Source: Planctomycetota bacterium (GTDB lineage Bacteria > Planctomycetota > UBA1135 > UBA2386). From it: DNA of 64,000 nucleotides. The notes beneath the pieces are model-generated. The model was not told the origin of the DNA. It saw only the letters and a list, made by a program, of their open reading frames with translations, and did no database searches. The stretch covers positions 16,951 to 80,950 of the forward strand of contig JAWKUN010000004.1 of the NCBI GenBank assembly GCA_041398565.1. Reading direction: 5' to 3'. Below are positions 31,482 to 41,362 of this stretch, piece after piece (positions within the stretch are counted from its first letter, which is position 1; every line of letters begins with the position of its first letter). The translations under genes were made by a program, and so were the position numbers.

Positions 31482-34400
31482 ATGCCCGGCGCCGCGGACG
31501 CAAACCCAACCGACCCCGACGACCCGGTCCAGAGTCTGGTTGCGGCCTGCATCGAAGCCAGGGCGAGCGGCGGCAGCGGCGCGGTCGAGGCGCTGCTGGC
31601 CCAGTACGCGGATCTGGCATCGCAGGCGCGTCAGCAGCTCGCCTTCCTGCAGCGGGCGGGCCTTCTCGACGCGACCGCCGCCGGCACCGAGCCAGCACCG
31701 GAGAGCGTCGGCGCCTACCGCATCCTCGAGCCGCTCGGCCACGGTGGCATGGGCACCGTCTATCTGGCCGAGCAACGCGAGCCGGTGCGACGCAAGGTCG
31801 CGCTCAAGCTGATCAGGGCGGGTATGGACACGCGTGAGGTGGTGACCCGCTTCGGCGCCGAGCGTCAGGCCCTGGCGCTGATGAACCACGCCAACATCGC
31901 GCTCGTGTTGGACGCGGGCGTCGGCGGCGACGGCCGGCCGTTCTTCGTCATGGAGTACGTGCCCGGCCTGCCGATCACCGAGTACTGCGATCGACACCGG
32001 TTGACCAACGAGCAACGTCTGGCGCTGCTTCTGGCCGTGTGCGACGGGGTCCAGCACGCCCACCACAAGGGGATCGTCCACCGCGATCTCAAGCCTTCCA
32101 ACGTCCTGGTCGCCGAGCAAGACGGCAGGCCGGTGCCGAAGATCATCGACTTCGGCGTCGCCAAGGCCGTCACCGGCAGCCTCACCGACGCCACCTTGCA
32201 CACCGTCGCCGGCATGGTCATCGGCACCCCCGAGTACATGAGCCCCGAGCAGGCGGGGCGCGGGGCGATCGACATCGACACCCGCAGCGACGTGTACTCG
32301 CTCGGCGTGCTGATGTACGAGCTACTCACCGGCACGCTGCCCTTCGAAGCGACCCGGCTGCGCACCGACTTCGTCGAGATGCAGCGCATCCTGCGCGAGG
32401 AGGACCCCCGCACCCCGAGCCATCGGCTGCGCGTGGAGGCGGCGACGGCGGCCACGGCCGCGCGCTGCCGGGCCACCGAGCCCGCTGCCTTGGAGCGACA
32501 GGTGCGCGGCGACCTCGATTGGATCTGCCTCAAGGCGCTCGAGAAGGAGCGCGACCGGCGCTACGCCACCGCCAACGACTTGGCGGCCGACATCCGTCGC
32601 TATCTGGCCGACGAGCCGGTCCTCGCCAGCCCGCCGAGCACCTGGTACCGCCTGCGCAAGTTCGCGCGACGCAACCGAGGGCAGATCGCCGCGCTCGCGG
32701 TGGTCCTGCTCGCGCTGGTGGCGGGCCTGGGCGTCAGCCTCCACTCTTGGCAGCGCGCCCGCGACGCTGCCACTTCCGCCGAGCAGGCCCTGCGCGGCGA
32801 GACGGAGGCTCGGGCCGTGGCCGAGGCCAACTTCGGCCGCGCCCTCGACGCGGTCGACCGCCTGCTCTTGCACGTGGCGAGCGACAAGCTCGCCGATCTC
32901 CCGCAGATGGAAGAAGTGCGGCGCGCCATCCTCGACGACGCGCTGGCCTTCTACCGGGGCTTCCTGGCCGAGCGGAAGGACGATCCGCGCACCCTCTACG
33001 ATGCGGCGCGAGCGCGGGTCGCCATCGCCGGCGTATGTCTGGCTCTGGGCGATGGAGAGAATGCGCTCGACGCGGCGGGCGCCGCGGTCGCGAGCTTCCG
33101 CCACCTCCTCGCCGCGGACGGCGCCCGACTCGGCCCGCACGTCGGCTTGCTCGAGGCGCTGGGTCGGCGCGCCCAGGCCGAGGTCGTGCTCAACCGCGGG
33201 GAAGCTGCCCGGGCCACCTACGACATGCTGGTGCGCGAGTGCGAGCAAGCGGTGCTCGCGCTGCCCCGAGCGCGTCAGCTCGAGCTGCGTCTGGCCGGCG
33301 TCCACGTTGCCCGCGGCGAGTTCCTGCGGCGCCGCGACGTCGAGGCTGCCCTCGCCGACTACGACGCCGCCATCGACGGAGCCCGACGCCACGCGGACGC
33401 CGATGAACCGGCGGCACATCGCCTCGAGCAGCGGGCGCGGTTCGGCCGCTCGGTGGCGTTCCTGGCCGCCGGTCGCCACGGCGAGGCAGAAGCCGAACTG
33501 TCGGCGCTGCGTCAGCAGCTCGAGAACGCACGCAGTGGCGGCCAGCTCGACGAAGAAGCGACCGACCTCTACGCGCGCACGATCGGAGCCTTGTTCTTTC
33601 GCCGCTACGCGGCGGGCGACCTCGACGAGGCCGAGAGGCTCGCCCGACTCGAGCTCGAGGTCCGCCGGCCGATGGCGACGGCACACCCGCGCCTGGCCGG
33701 TCCACGCAGCGAGCTCGCCCTCGCGCACAGCCACCTCGGCATCGTGCTGTCGATGGCGGACAAGGCCGGCAGCGAAGACGAGTTCCGCGCCTGCGTGCGC
33801 GACCTCGAACAGCTGGCCGACGAGTTCCCCGCCTCGGCGAGCGTGCGCGGCGCGCTCGCCAAGGAGAGCCTCAACCTGGCGACACACCTGCTGCGCCTCG
33901 GCGTCCGCACCGCGAACGACGAAGCGATCCCGCACGCGCAGCGCGCGGTCGACCTGCTGGAGCAGTTGCGCGCCGGCGACCGCGACTCCAACGAGTGGGC
34001 GGCGAACCTCGGATCCGCACGCACGATGCTCGCCAACCTCCTGTTGGCCAATGGCCGCGAGCGCGAAGCGCTACCCGTGGCCACGGCTGCGCTGGAAACG
34101 GCAAGCGCCCAGGCCGCCAGTCATCCGGACTTCGCCGGCAACCAGGTGGACCTGGCCGACGCGGCGCTGGTGGCGGCCTCGGCAGCCATGGCGTGCGGCG
34201 AGCTGCGCGTGGCGCTCGCCGCCACCGACAGCGGCTGTGCCGCCATGAACGCGGCGCGCGCCACGAGTGACGAGGCGGTGTACCGTCACACCCTCGCCCT
34301 CCTGCTCCGTGTGCGTGGGTTCGTGCTCGCCATGCAGGGTGACCACCGCGGCGCGGCCGGACTCGCCGACGAAGTCCTGCGCCTGGGGGCCGGTGATCGG

Positions 34401-35054
34401 CGGATGCCGATCGCCGCTGGCGACGTCCTGCGCATGGCCGCAGCGGCCGCGCAGGACGACCCCGCCGCGCGGGCAGCGTACGGCCGCCGAGCTTGCCAGG
34501 AGTACGCGACGGCCGAGCAGGCGCTCGACGCCGAACTCGAGGCAGCTCCGGACAACCCGGCGCTGCTCTACCACCGTGCCTGCGCGCGTCTCGGCCGTGC
34601 CGAACTCGAGTTGGAGGACGCGGCGCCGGACGCCGTGGTGCGGGTTCTGGCGCCGCCCTTGCAGGTTCTGCGCCCCGAGTTCGACACGGGATCGTTGGAG
34701 TGGCTGCAGAAGCGCCAGGTGCGCGCGGGTCTGGCGCGTTCGGGCGCAGCGCTGTGTGCGCTGGGTCGCTTCGAAGAAGCATTCGCCCAGGCCAGCGACC
34801 TGGCCGCCGTCGCCACGGACGATGCCGAGTTCTGCCTGCGTGCAGCCGAGCTCCTGGCGCGCTGCGCCCAGCCGTTGGCGTCGACCAAGGACGGGGCCGT
34901 GGCGCGGGCCGAGGCGCGCCGCCTCCTGCGACACGCGCTCGACGCCGGGTGCCCGACTCCGCCCGCCGTCGACCCGTACCTCGAGGCGCTGTGTCGCGAC
35001 GAGGAGGGACGAGCCCTGCTGCAGCGGCTGCGCGGTGGGTCGAGCGCCAAGTGA
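31482..35054 (+). CDS. Ser/Thr protein kinase with one transmembrane segment and a long TPR-like helical repeat region
   Basis: ATG at 31482 (verified). Kinase motifs '[12 protein letters not shown]', 'VALKLI', '[11 protein letters not shown]', 'DFGVAK' and '[10 protein letters not shown]'. Transmembrane segment '[19 protein letters not shown]'. About 750 aa of Ala/Leu/Arg-rich repeats follow. Confidence 0.9.
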   Translation: MPGAADANPTDPDDPVQSLVAACIEARASGGSGAVEALLAQYADLASQARQQLAFLQRAGLLDATAAGTEPAPESVGAYRILEPLGHGGMGTVYLAEQREPVRRKVALKLIRAGMDTREVVTRFGAERQALALMNHANIALVLDAGVGGDGRPFFVMEYVPGLPITEYCDRHRLTNEQRLALLLAVCDGVQHAHHKGIVHRDLKPSNVLVAEQDGRPVPKIIDFGVAKAVTGSLTDATLHTVAGMVIGTPEYMSPEQAGRGAIDIDTRSDVYSLGVLMYELLTGTLPFEATRLRTDFVEMQRILREEDPRTPSHRLRVEAATAATAARCRATEPAALERQVRGDLDWICLKALEKERDRRYATANDLAADIRRYLADEPVLASPPSTWYRLRKFARRNRGQIAALAVVLLALVAGLGVSLHSWQRARDAATSAEQALRGETEARAVAEANFGRALDAVDRLLLHVASDKLADLPQMEEVRRAILDDALAFYRGFLAERKDDPRTLYDAARARVAIAGVCLALGDGENALDAAGAAVASFRHLLAADGARLGPHVGLLEALGRRAQAEVVLNRGEAARATYDMLVRECEQAVLALPRARQLELRLAGVHVARGEFLRRRDVEAALADYDAAIDGARRHADADEPAAHRLEQRARFGRSVAFLAAGRHGEAEAELSALRQQLENARSGGQLDEEATDLYARTIGALFFRRYAAGDLDEAERLARLELEVRRPMATAHPRLAGPRSELALAHSHLGIVLSMADKAGSEDEFRACVRDLEQLADEFPASASVRGALAKESLNLATHLLRLGVRTANDEAIPHAQRAVDLLEQLRAGDRDSNEWAANLGSARTMLANLLLANGREREALPVATAALETASAQAASHPDFAGNQVDLADAALVAASAAMACGELRVALAATDSGCAAMNAARATSDEAVYRHTLALLLRVRGFVLAMQGDHRGAAGLADEVLRLGAGDRRMPIAAGDVLRMAAAAAQDDPAARAAYGRRACQEYATAEQALDAELEAAPDNPALLYHRACARLGRAELELEDAAPDAVVRVLAPPLQVLRPEFDTGSLEWLQKRQVRAGLARSGAALCALGRFEEAFAQASDLAAVATDDAEFCLRAAELLARCAQPLASTKDGAVARAEARRLLRHALDAGCPTPPAVDPYLEALCRDEEGRALLQRLRGGSSAK

Positions 35055-35178
35055 GACCCGCGGGCACGCCCTGCGCGACCAGGCGGCGACGCCAGGGGCT
35101 CGGACCGAAGCAGAGCCGAGGCGCGGCCGCTGCTATTCTCCGCGGGCGAAGCAGTCCCACGCGCATGCGCTTTCCTCG

Positions 35179-37443
35179 ATGACCAGACTCCTCCATGGCG
35201 CCGTCGTGGCGCTCCTCTTCGCGGCCGTAGTCGCGCCCGCGCGCGCCCAGGACGACGAGACCGCGTTCAACCGAAGCCAGGCCGACAAGCTGAACCAGTT
35301 CGCCAAGAACGCCAGCAAGAAGGGATTCCCACGGCAAGCGCGCCTGCTCTGGATGCAGGTGGTGAAACTCTACGACCCCGACCATGCCGAGGCGCGCAAG
35401 GGGTTGGGGCACGTCAAGGTGGGGTCGTCGTGGGCTCCGGATCCCAAGCTGCAGCCTTCGCTCGCCGACACCGGCAGCGGCAGCGACGGCGCCGCCCTGT
35501 TTCGCGCCTACGAGACCCTCAAGAAGGACCTCGCAGGCGCCCACAAGCGTCAGGCGCAGACCTGGGCCAAGGCCGGGCGCGCCGACAAGGCCAACCAGCA
35601 CTGGCAGATGGTCCTGCGCTGGAGCAAGGACGATGTCGACGCGCAGAAGGCGCTCGACCACCACGAGGTCGGCGGCGTCACCGGCACCGACCTCGAGCAG
35701 ACTCTGTACGAGCGGTCGAAGGCCATCGAGAAGGTGGTCGCCGAGCAGACGGCGAAGACCTACCCGGTGGAGGCGGTCGAGGTGAAGGAGCCGGTGCTCG
35801 ACCGCGCCCAGGTCAAGTACGTCAGCTTCAAGTCCGAGAACTTCCTGCTCCACGGCGACCCCGGCGAGGAGGACCACCTGAAGGAGGCGCTGGTGTGGGC
35901 CGAGCGAACCCTGCCGGTGCTCGCGGTGGCGCTGCCCTGGCAGGCGCAGGTGCGCGGCAAGTCGGCGTACTTCGTCGGCAAGGACACCTACAAGCAGATC
36001 CTCAACGCGCACGCAGACCGCCTGCCGGACCTCAAGTGGATGCTCGAGCACAGCTCGGCGGCCAACCTCGATGGCCTCCGAGTCGGCGCCACCGGCAGCA
36101 CGCAGACCCTGTACGACGCCATGGTGCGCGACGTCACGCGCGACTGGGCCGGCTTCGTCACCGACGGCCTGCGCGAGGGCATCGGCCACACCTTCGTCGG
36201 CATGATGTTCAACAACAACCGCCTGTTCGTGGTCGCCAAGGTCAAGGAAGACGAGGAGGCCACGGTCACCAGCGAGGAAGATCACGAGTACACCTCCCCC
36301 GACTTCGACGTGTGGAAGAACCTGGCGCTGGAGATGGCGTGGAAACAGACCGGCGGCGTGCCGGCCATCGACCTGCCCTACTGCGAGGCCGCCACCTTCA
36401 CCAACGAACAGCGGATCAAGGCGTGGTCGTTCTGCGACTACGTCACTCGGCGCGACCCGGAGCTGCTGCGCAAGCTCGACCGCCTCGGGGCCGAGGCACA
36501 GCAACAGCGGCGCAAGCAGCCGGTGGAGCTGGCCAAGAAGTTCGAAGAACAGGCCGGGGTCAGCATCGCCCAACTCGACAAGGAGTGGGAGGACTTCTGG
36601 ACCGAGGCGACGCCCGTGCTCGCCGCGATCCGCAACAACACGCCGCCGCTGCAGGCGATCAGCAAGAACGTCGAGAAGTGGCTGCAGGCGTTCAACGCTG
36701 CCCGCGCCCAGAACCACGCCACACCGGTCACCTGGTCGTCGCAGTTGTCGACGCGCTGCTACGAGCACGCTCTCTACCTCAAGGCCAACAAGAACGAGCG
36801 CGGGCCGGCGGCCGAGCACCGCGAGCTGCCCGAACTCGGGGGCTCGCACCTGGGGAGCATGTTCGCGCAGATGGCGCTGGTCGAGACCGGGGCCAACCTG
36901 GGCCAGGCCAAGAAGATGTTCGAGAGCTGGCTGCGGGTTCCGGGCTACCGCGACGCGCTGGTGCACGACTTCCTTCTGTCGGTCGGCATCTACCAGGACG
37001 GCGACATCTTCGTGCTGAACGCCACCGCCGGGCTCGGCGCACCGCGGTCCAAGAAGAGCGGCTACCTGTGCCACCCGTGGAAGGGGGCTTCGGGCGTCCC
37101 CACCGAGGTCTCGGTCGCCGACATCGGTCCGGAACTGGTCGAGCTCCTGGAGAAGAACGGTCGCAAGCCGCAGAAGGTCGTGGGCTACCCGCTGACCATG
37201 CACTTCGGCAGCAACGTGCAGGGCGACCGCCACTCGTACCGCTGCAGCGTGGTCGACCCCCGCGGCAACAAAGTGGAGGGAGCGATCCTGCTCGACTCCG
37301 GCAAGATCCGGCGCTCCACCGCGCCCGGCATGGTCACCTTCTACCCCTTCGAACCGCTGCCGCACGGCAAGATCAACGTGCGCTGGACCTGGGAGGTCGA
37401 CGGCCGCCCCAACGAGCTGAGCGCCGACTTCACGACCAAGTGA
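35179..37443 (+). CDS. Secreted protein with N-terminal TPR-like region and C-proximal CAP/SCP (YkwD-like) domain, putative
   Basis: ATG at 35179 gives the signal peptide 'MTRLLHGAVVALLFAAVVAPARAQ'. The CAP-like pattern is 'FNAARAQNHATPVTWSSQLSTRCYEHALYL...ESWLRVPGYRDALVHDFLLSVGIY' (compare W..SPGHR.N.L). Confidence 0.6.
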   Translation: MTRLLHGAVVALLFAAVVAPARAQDDETAFNRSQADKLNQFAKNASKKGFPRQARLLWMQVVKLYDPDHAEARKGLGHVKVGSSWAPDPKLQPSLADTGSGSDGAALFRAYETLKKDLAGAHKRQAQTWAKAGRADKANQHWQMVLRWSKDDVDAQKALDHHEVGGVTGTDLEQTLYERSKAIEKVVAEQTAKTYPVEAVEVKEPVLDRAQVKYVSFKSENFLLHGDPGEEDHLKEALVWAERTLPVLAVALPWQAQVRGKSAYFVGKDTYKQILNAHADRLPDLKWMLEHSSAANLDGLRVGATGSTQTLYDAMVRDVTRDWAGFVTDGLREGIGHTFVGMMFNNNRLFVVAKVKEDEEATVTSEEDHEYTSPDFDVWKNLALEMAWKQTGGVPAIDLPYCEAATFTNEQRIKAWSFCDYVTRRDPELLRKLDRLGAEAQQQRRKQPVELAKKFEEQAGVSIAQLDKEWEDFWTEATPVLAAIRNNTPPLQAISKNVEKWLQAFNAARAQNHATPVTWSSQLSTRCYEHALYLKANKNERGPAAEHRELPELGGSHLGSMFAQMALVETGANLGQAKKMFESWLRVPGYRDALVHDFLLSVGIYQDGDIFVLNATAGLGAPRSKKSGYLCHPWKGASGVPTEVSVADIGPELVELLEKNGRKPQKVVGYPLTMHFGSNVQGDRHSYRCSVVDPRGNKVEGAILLDSGKIRRSTAPGMVTFYPFEPLPHGKINVRWTWEVDGRPNELSADFTTK

Positions 37444-37464
37444 CGGCGCGCGCCACGGCGCCGG

Positions 37465-40380
37465 TCACCAGGGTAGGCGCTTGCAGTCCAGCTGCGCCGT
37501 GTGAACGTGGCCCGCACGGTAGAGCCACACCTCGAAGGTCTCGCCGTCGTAACTGCCGTGCGCGTTGACGAAGCGCTGGAGGTCCGCCACTCGTACGAAG
37601 CGCTCGAGGCGCCCGGCGTCGCCGGTGTGGCCGGCCTCGCGCCAGATCACCCCGAGGAGCACGTCGCCGGGCCGCACATCTGCCTTCGCCGCCAGCGCCG
37701 GATGCACGGCGGTGACGCGCACGACTCCGGCCGGGAGTTCGCCGGGCGCCGCCTGCGGATCGTCGGTGAAGTGACGCGCGAGCGCCACTGCCGCATCCGT
37801 GACCAGCGCTGCCGCGTCGGCGATCGACACGTCGTCGAGCTGCACACCGGTCTGGCGATAGGCCGCCCACGTCGCTGCCGACCAGGGTCGCAGCTCGACA
37901 TGGCGGACCTTGCCGTCCCGCTCGATCTCGACGGCGGTCGGCTCGCCGGCAGCGGCTTGCCGCCACGCCAGCGCCCAACCGACGCTCCAGCGAACGGGAG
38001 CACCCGCCAGGGTGCGCAGGACGTCTCCTGTCTGCACTTCGGCGGCCGCTGCCGGCCCTGGCGCGTCGACGGCCTGCACCACCACCTTGCCGTTCTTGTC
38101 CACCACCGAGAGCCCGACGTACGGACAGCGCAGCTTCTCGGGCGAGAGCAGCAGGGCCTGCAACTTGGCGCGCACGTGGTCGACGCCGATCGCGTAGCCG
38201 GTCACTGCGCGCAGGCTGCCTCCGGCGCTGTTGATGCCGATCAGGCGACCCTTGCCGTCGAGGAGTGCGCCGCCACTGTTGCCGGCATTGATGGCGGCGT
38301 CGGTCTCCACGAGGTGCGGCAGCTTGCGCCAGCGGCCGCGCACGCGGATCGACTGGTTCTTGGCACTGACGACCCCGGCGGTGACCGTGTTGGCACGACC
38401 CAGCGGATTGCCGACGGCGATGGCGAGGTCGCCCACCGACAAGGTGTCCGACGCACCGAGTTCCACGGCGTCGAGGGCGTCCCCCTCGCCCAGGTGCAGC
38501 TGCAGCAGCGCCAGGTCTTCTTCGCGCGAGATGCTCAGAACGGTCACCGGGAAGCTGCGCCCGTCGCGCAGCGAGGCGCGCACCACGTGGTCGCGGCGCA
38601 TGGAGCCGTCGGGCTCGGTGGCGGAGTCGACCACGTGCCAGTTGGTCAGAGCCAGCCCGCTGCGGTCGACCACCACGCCCGACCCTAGGCCTTCGGTCGA
38701 GGTCTGGCCCTTGCCCTCGGCGAAGGGGTTGTCGTCGAGGTCCGCCGCGGCAGTGGTGGTCTGCACGTACACGTTCAGCAACGAGCCGGCGGTGGCCTCC
38801 ACCACGTCGGCGACGCTGCCGAGCGCCGCGCTCGGCCCGGGCGTGCGCGGCCGCGCCAGGGTCTCGTTGCCGGAGCCATGGCGGTCGAACTCGAGCCGGT
38901 ACGCCGCGCGCAGGAGGTCGATGCTCGGTGACAGGTCCAAGCTGGTGTCGACCTTGGCGCGCTCGCCCCGGTGCTCGAACGCGATGTCGATCTGGTCGCG
39001 CGTGCCGGCGTCGGCCAGGCCCACCAGCAGACCGTCGAGCGTGACGATGGCGCCGCCGCTGTTGTGGTTGCCGATCCCCGCGTCGACCTGCAGCACCCGC
39101 CCGCGCTTGGCCGACAGCGCGCCGGCTCGCACGCTCACGTCGGTGCCGTCGGGACGGCCGACGACCAGGAGACGCTGGCCGACGGCCAGACCGTCGCTGT
39201 CACCGCACTCCAAGGGCACCAGCGCCTTGCCCTCCGGCAGACGCACCTTCAGCAAGGCGCTGTTGGTGCGCTCGTTGCCGCGGACCACGTCGGCGGCCGC
39301 TGCCGTGCCGTCAGGCAGGGTGACCCGCACGGACTCGCTGCCGCGCACGAGGTGGCGGCTGGTGAGGACCAGGCCGTCGGCGGTGAGCACCACGCCGGAG
39401 CCGTGGCCGGCGCGCCGGCGCGTCGCGTACGGATCGTCGTCTCCGAGTGCGGTGGGCTCCTCGGCGCCGCCGAACACGCCCACCACGCTGGGGCCCACCC
39501 GCGCCACCGCGTCGGCCTCGACCGACCGATCTGGTGCGGCCAGTTCGGCGCTCGCCAACTCGGATGCGAAGGCGCGGCGCAGCACGCGGGTCGGCACGAC
39601 GAAGCCGAAACTCGGACGCTTGAGGTCGGCGAGGGTCGGCTCGGCGTCCATCGGCAGCACGCGAACGGCGCTGCACAGGCCGAGCAGCCCACCGGTCGCA
39701 GACAGCAGCGCAGCACCGTGGCTGCGGACCTCGATGGCGGCGTCGGTGAGCAGGATCTCGGCACGCTTCCACACTCGCCGTTCGCTGTCGCTGGCGAGCG
39801 CCACGTCGCCGAGCGCAGGCGTGACCACACCGGCGAAGCCGACCAGGTCCTCGCCGTCGTGCAAACCGAGCACGAGGGCCGCGTCGCCCGGGCGCGGATC
39901 CGGCGCAAGGGGCACTGCAGGGAGGGTCGCGCCGGGCTCGAGGTCGACCTGGAGGAGGGCGAGGCCCGAGCCATCGTCGTGCGCGACGATCGTGGCCCGC
40001 CGCCTCTCCGTCGCGGTGGGCCGGGGGCCGCAGCCCAGGACGAAGACGGCCTTGTCGCTGGCATTGTCGGCTTCGCGCACCAGGTCCCAATGGGTCGCGA
40101 CGAGGCCGCTCGCGGTGACGACGACGCCGCTGCCTGGCCGCTCGATCGCGAAGGTGTTCTGGCCGCGGATCTCGACCAGCACGTGGACCACGGCATCGCG
40201 GGCGCGGGCCACGGCGGCGGCCATCGGTCCGCCGGCCGGCCGACCGTCCGCTGCCGGCGCCAGCAGGGTCGCGTTGACGGGAGGCTGCGACGCGACGCAC
40301 GGGAGCGCGCCCAGGGTGAGGATGGTCGCGCAGCCGACGAGCAGCAGCGCGCGCGGGTCACGCGCAAGGGGTGCGAGCAT
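37465..40380 (-). CDS. Secreted protein with three tandem HtrA/DegP-like (S1C) trypsin-fold modules and two PDZ-like domains
   Basis: ATG at 40380 (verified). Signal-like 'LLLVGCATILTLGALPCVA'.
- Module 3 is canonical ('TNWHVV', 'EEDLALLQL', 'TDAAINAGNSGGALL').
- Modules 1 and 2 are divergent (see findings).
- PDZ-like 'YVGLSVVDKNGKVVVQAVDAPGPAAAAEVQTGDVL' and 'VVRVTAVHPALAAKADVRPGDVLLGV'. Confidence 0.85.
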   Translation of the reverse strand: MLAPLARDPRALLLVGCATILTLGALPCVASQPPVNATLLAPAADGRPAGGPMAAAVARARDAVVHVLVEIRGQNTFAIERPGSGVVVTASGLVATHWDLVREADNASDKAVFVLGCGPRPTATERRRATIVAHDDGSGLALLQVDLEPGATLPAVPLAPDPRPGDAALVLGLHDGEDLVGFAGVVTPALGDVALASDSERRVWKRAEILLTDAAIEVRSHGAALLSATGGLLGLCSAVRVLPMDAEPTLADLKRPSFGFVVPTRVLRRAFASELASAELAAPDRSVEADAVARVGPSVVGVFGGAEEPTALGDDDPYATRRRAGHGSGVVLTADGLVLTSRHLVRGSESVRVTLPDGTAAAADVVRGNERTNSALLKVRLPEGKALVPLECGDSDGLAVGQRLLVVGRPDGTDVSVRAGALSAKRGRVLQVDAGIGNHNSGGAIVTLDGLLVGLADAGTRDQIDIAFEHRGERAKVDTSLDLSPSIDLLRAAYRLEFDRHGSGNETLARPRTPGPSAALGSVADVVEATAGSLLNVYVQTTTAAADLDDNPFAEGKGQTSTEGLGSGVVVDRSGLALTNWHVVDSATEPDGSMRRDHVVRASLRDGRSFPVTVLSISREEDLALLQLHLGEGDALDAVELGASDTLSVGDLAIAVGNPLGRANTVTAGVVSAKNQSIRVRGRWRKLPHLVETDAAINAGNSGGALLDGKGRLIGINSAGGSLRAVTGYAIGVDHVRAKLQALLLSPEKLRCPYVGLSVVDKNGKVVVQAVDAPGPAAAAEVQTGDVLRTLAGAPVRWSVGWALAWRQAAAGEPTAVEIERDGKVRHVELRPWSAATWAAYRQTGVQLDDVSIADAAALVTDAAVALARHFTDDPQAAPGELPAGVVRVTAVHPALAAKADVRPGDVLLGVIWREAGHTGDAGRLERFVRVADLQRFVNAHGSYDGETFEVWLYRAGHVHTAQLDCKRLPW

Positions 40381-40418
40381 GGGGTGGAGGCGCGGGAACG
40401 ACGGGCGGCGAGGCGAGC

Positions 40419-41297
40419 CTACTTCTTCTTGCCGGCCAGAGCCTCTTCGTTGTGCCGGGCCCGTGCCAGGCAGAGCTCGAGGACGCGCTTCTGGTGTTTG
40501 AGGTAGTAGCTCAGCGCCTGGCGCAGACCCGCCACGTCGGCCTTGACCGAGTCGGCGTAGTGCGTCCACACCGAGCCCTTGGCCTGCTTCTTGGCGGTGT
40601 CTTCGAAGTGCTTCTGCACGCGCCGCATGACCGGCAGGACCTTGCCGCCGGCGGCCGTCACCGTGGCCAGCGCCTTGGCGTCCTTGCGGCCATCGCCGGT
40701 GGAGAGGAACTTGTCCAACTCCGCTGCCACCGCGTCGATCGCCTCGAGCGCCTTTTCGAGGTCGCTTGTCTTGGCGTCGGACGCGCTCGGCTTCAACGCC
40801 GGCAGGTCGACATAGCGCTTGCCGCTGCAGGTCGTGCAGGGGTAGGCCCCGGCACCACCGCAGCAGCCACACTTCTGCTTGCGGCTACCGCCGCCCTGCA
40901 CCGGGAACTTGCCGCGCCCACCACACACGAAGCAGTTCGTCACGGCGGCACCGAAGCACGTCGGGCACGGGGCCCGCTGCAAGATGTCGACCGTCTCGCC
41001 GGTGCCGGCGCAGATGCGGCAGGTCGCCTCCTTGGTGTTCTTGCACTCCGGGCAGCTGTCGCAGTCCCCCTCCTCGAACCGATCGCAGTGCAGACACGGC
41101 ATGACCTGACGCCCTTTGCAGTTCGGGCAGCGCTCGGCCTTGTGCGCGACGAACTGCAACAGTCCCTGCTCGTCGGGTTCGGTCGCGCGCTCGAGCTTCT
41201 CGGGGATCGGCACCAGGAACTCGGCCTTCTTCTGCCCGGAGGCGAGGGACCCGAGAAGCGCCACGAAGAGGACTGAGAGGAGGCGGAGGATGGGCAT
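40419..41297 (-). CDS. Secreted cysteine-rich protein with DnaJ-type zinc-finger-like CxxC(xGxG) repeats plus C-terminal helical domain
   Basis: Signal peptide 'MPILRLLSVLFVALLGSLASG'. Eight CxxC pairs lie within ~115 aa (CPNC, CLHC, CDSC, CRIC, CPTC, CFVC, CGCC, CTTC). Several sit in a CxxCxGxG context ('CRICAGTG', 'CFVCGGRG', 'CGCCGGAG'). Confidence 0.7.
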   Translation of the reverse strand: MPILRLLSVLFVALLGSLASGQKKAEFLVPIPEKLERATEPDEQGLLQFVAHKAERCPNCKGRQVMPCLHCDRFEEGDCDSCPECKNTKEATCRICAGTGETVDILQRAPCPTCFGAAVTNCFVCGGRGKFPVQGGGSRKQKCGCCGGAGAYPCTTCSGKRYVDLPALKPSASDAKTSDLEKALEAIDAVAAELDKFLSTGDGRKDAKALATVTAAGGKVLPVMRRVQKHFEDTAKKQAKGSVWTHYADSVKADVAGLRQALSYYLKHQKRVLELCLARARHNEEALAGKKK

Positions 41298-41362
41298 GCT
41301 TGGACCTCGACGCGATTATGCCCGCGCCTTGGTGCGCGGGCGAGTTCGCGCCGTGGCAGGCT

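Noticed and set aside
33871-37365. 1164-aa ORF antisense to the kinase 3' end and the CAP-like gene
   Set aside because: Shadow ORF with extreme Arg/Pro/Gly content. Both sense-strand genes have clear motifs and signal peptides.
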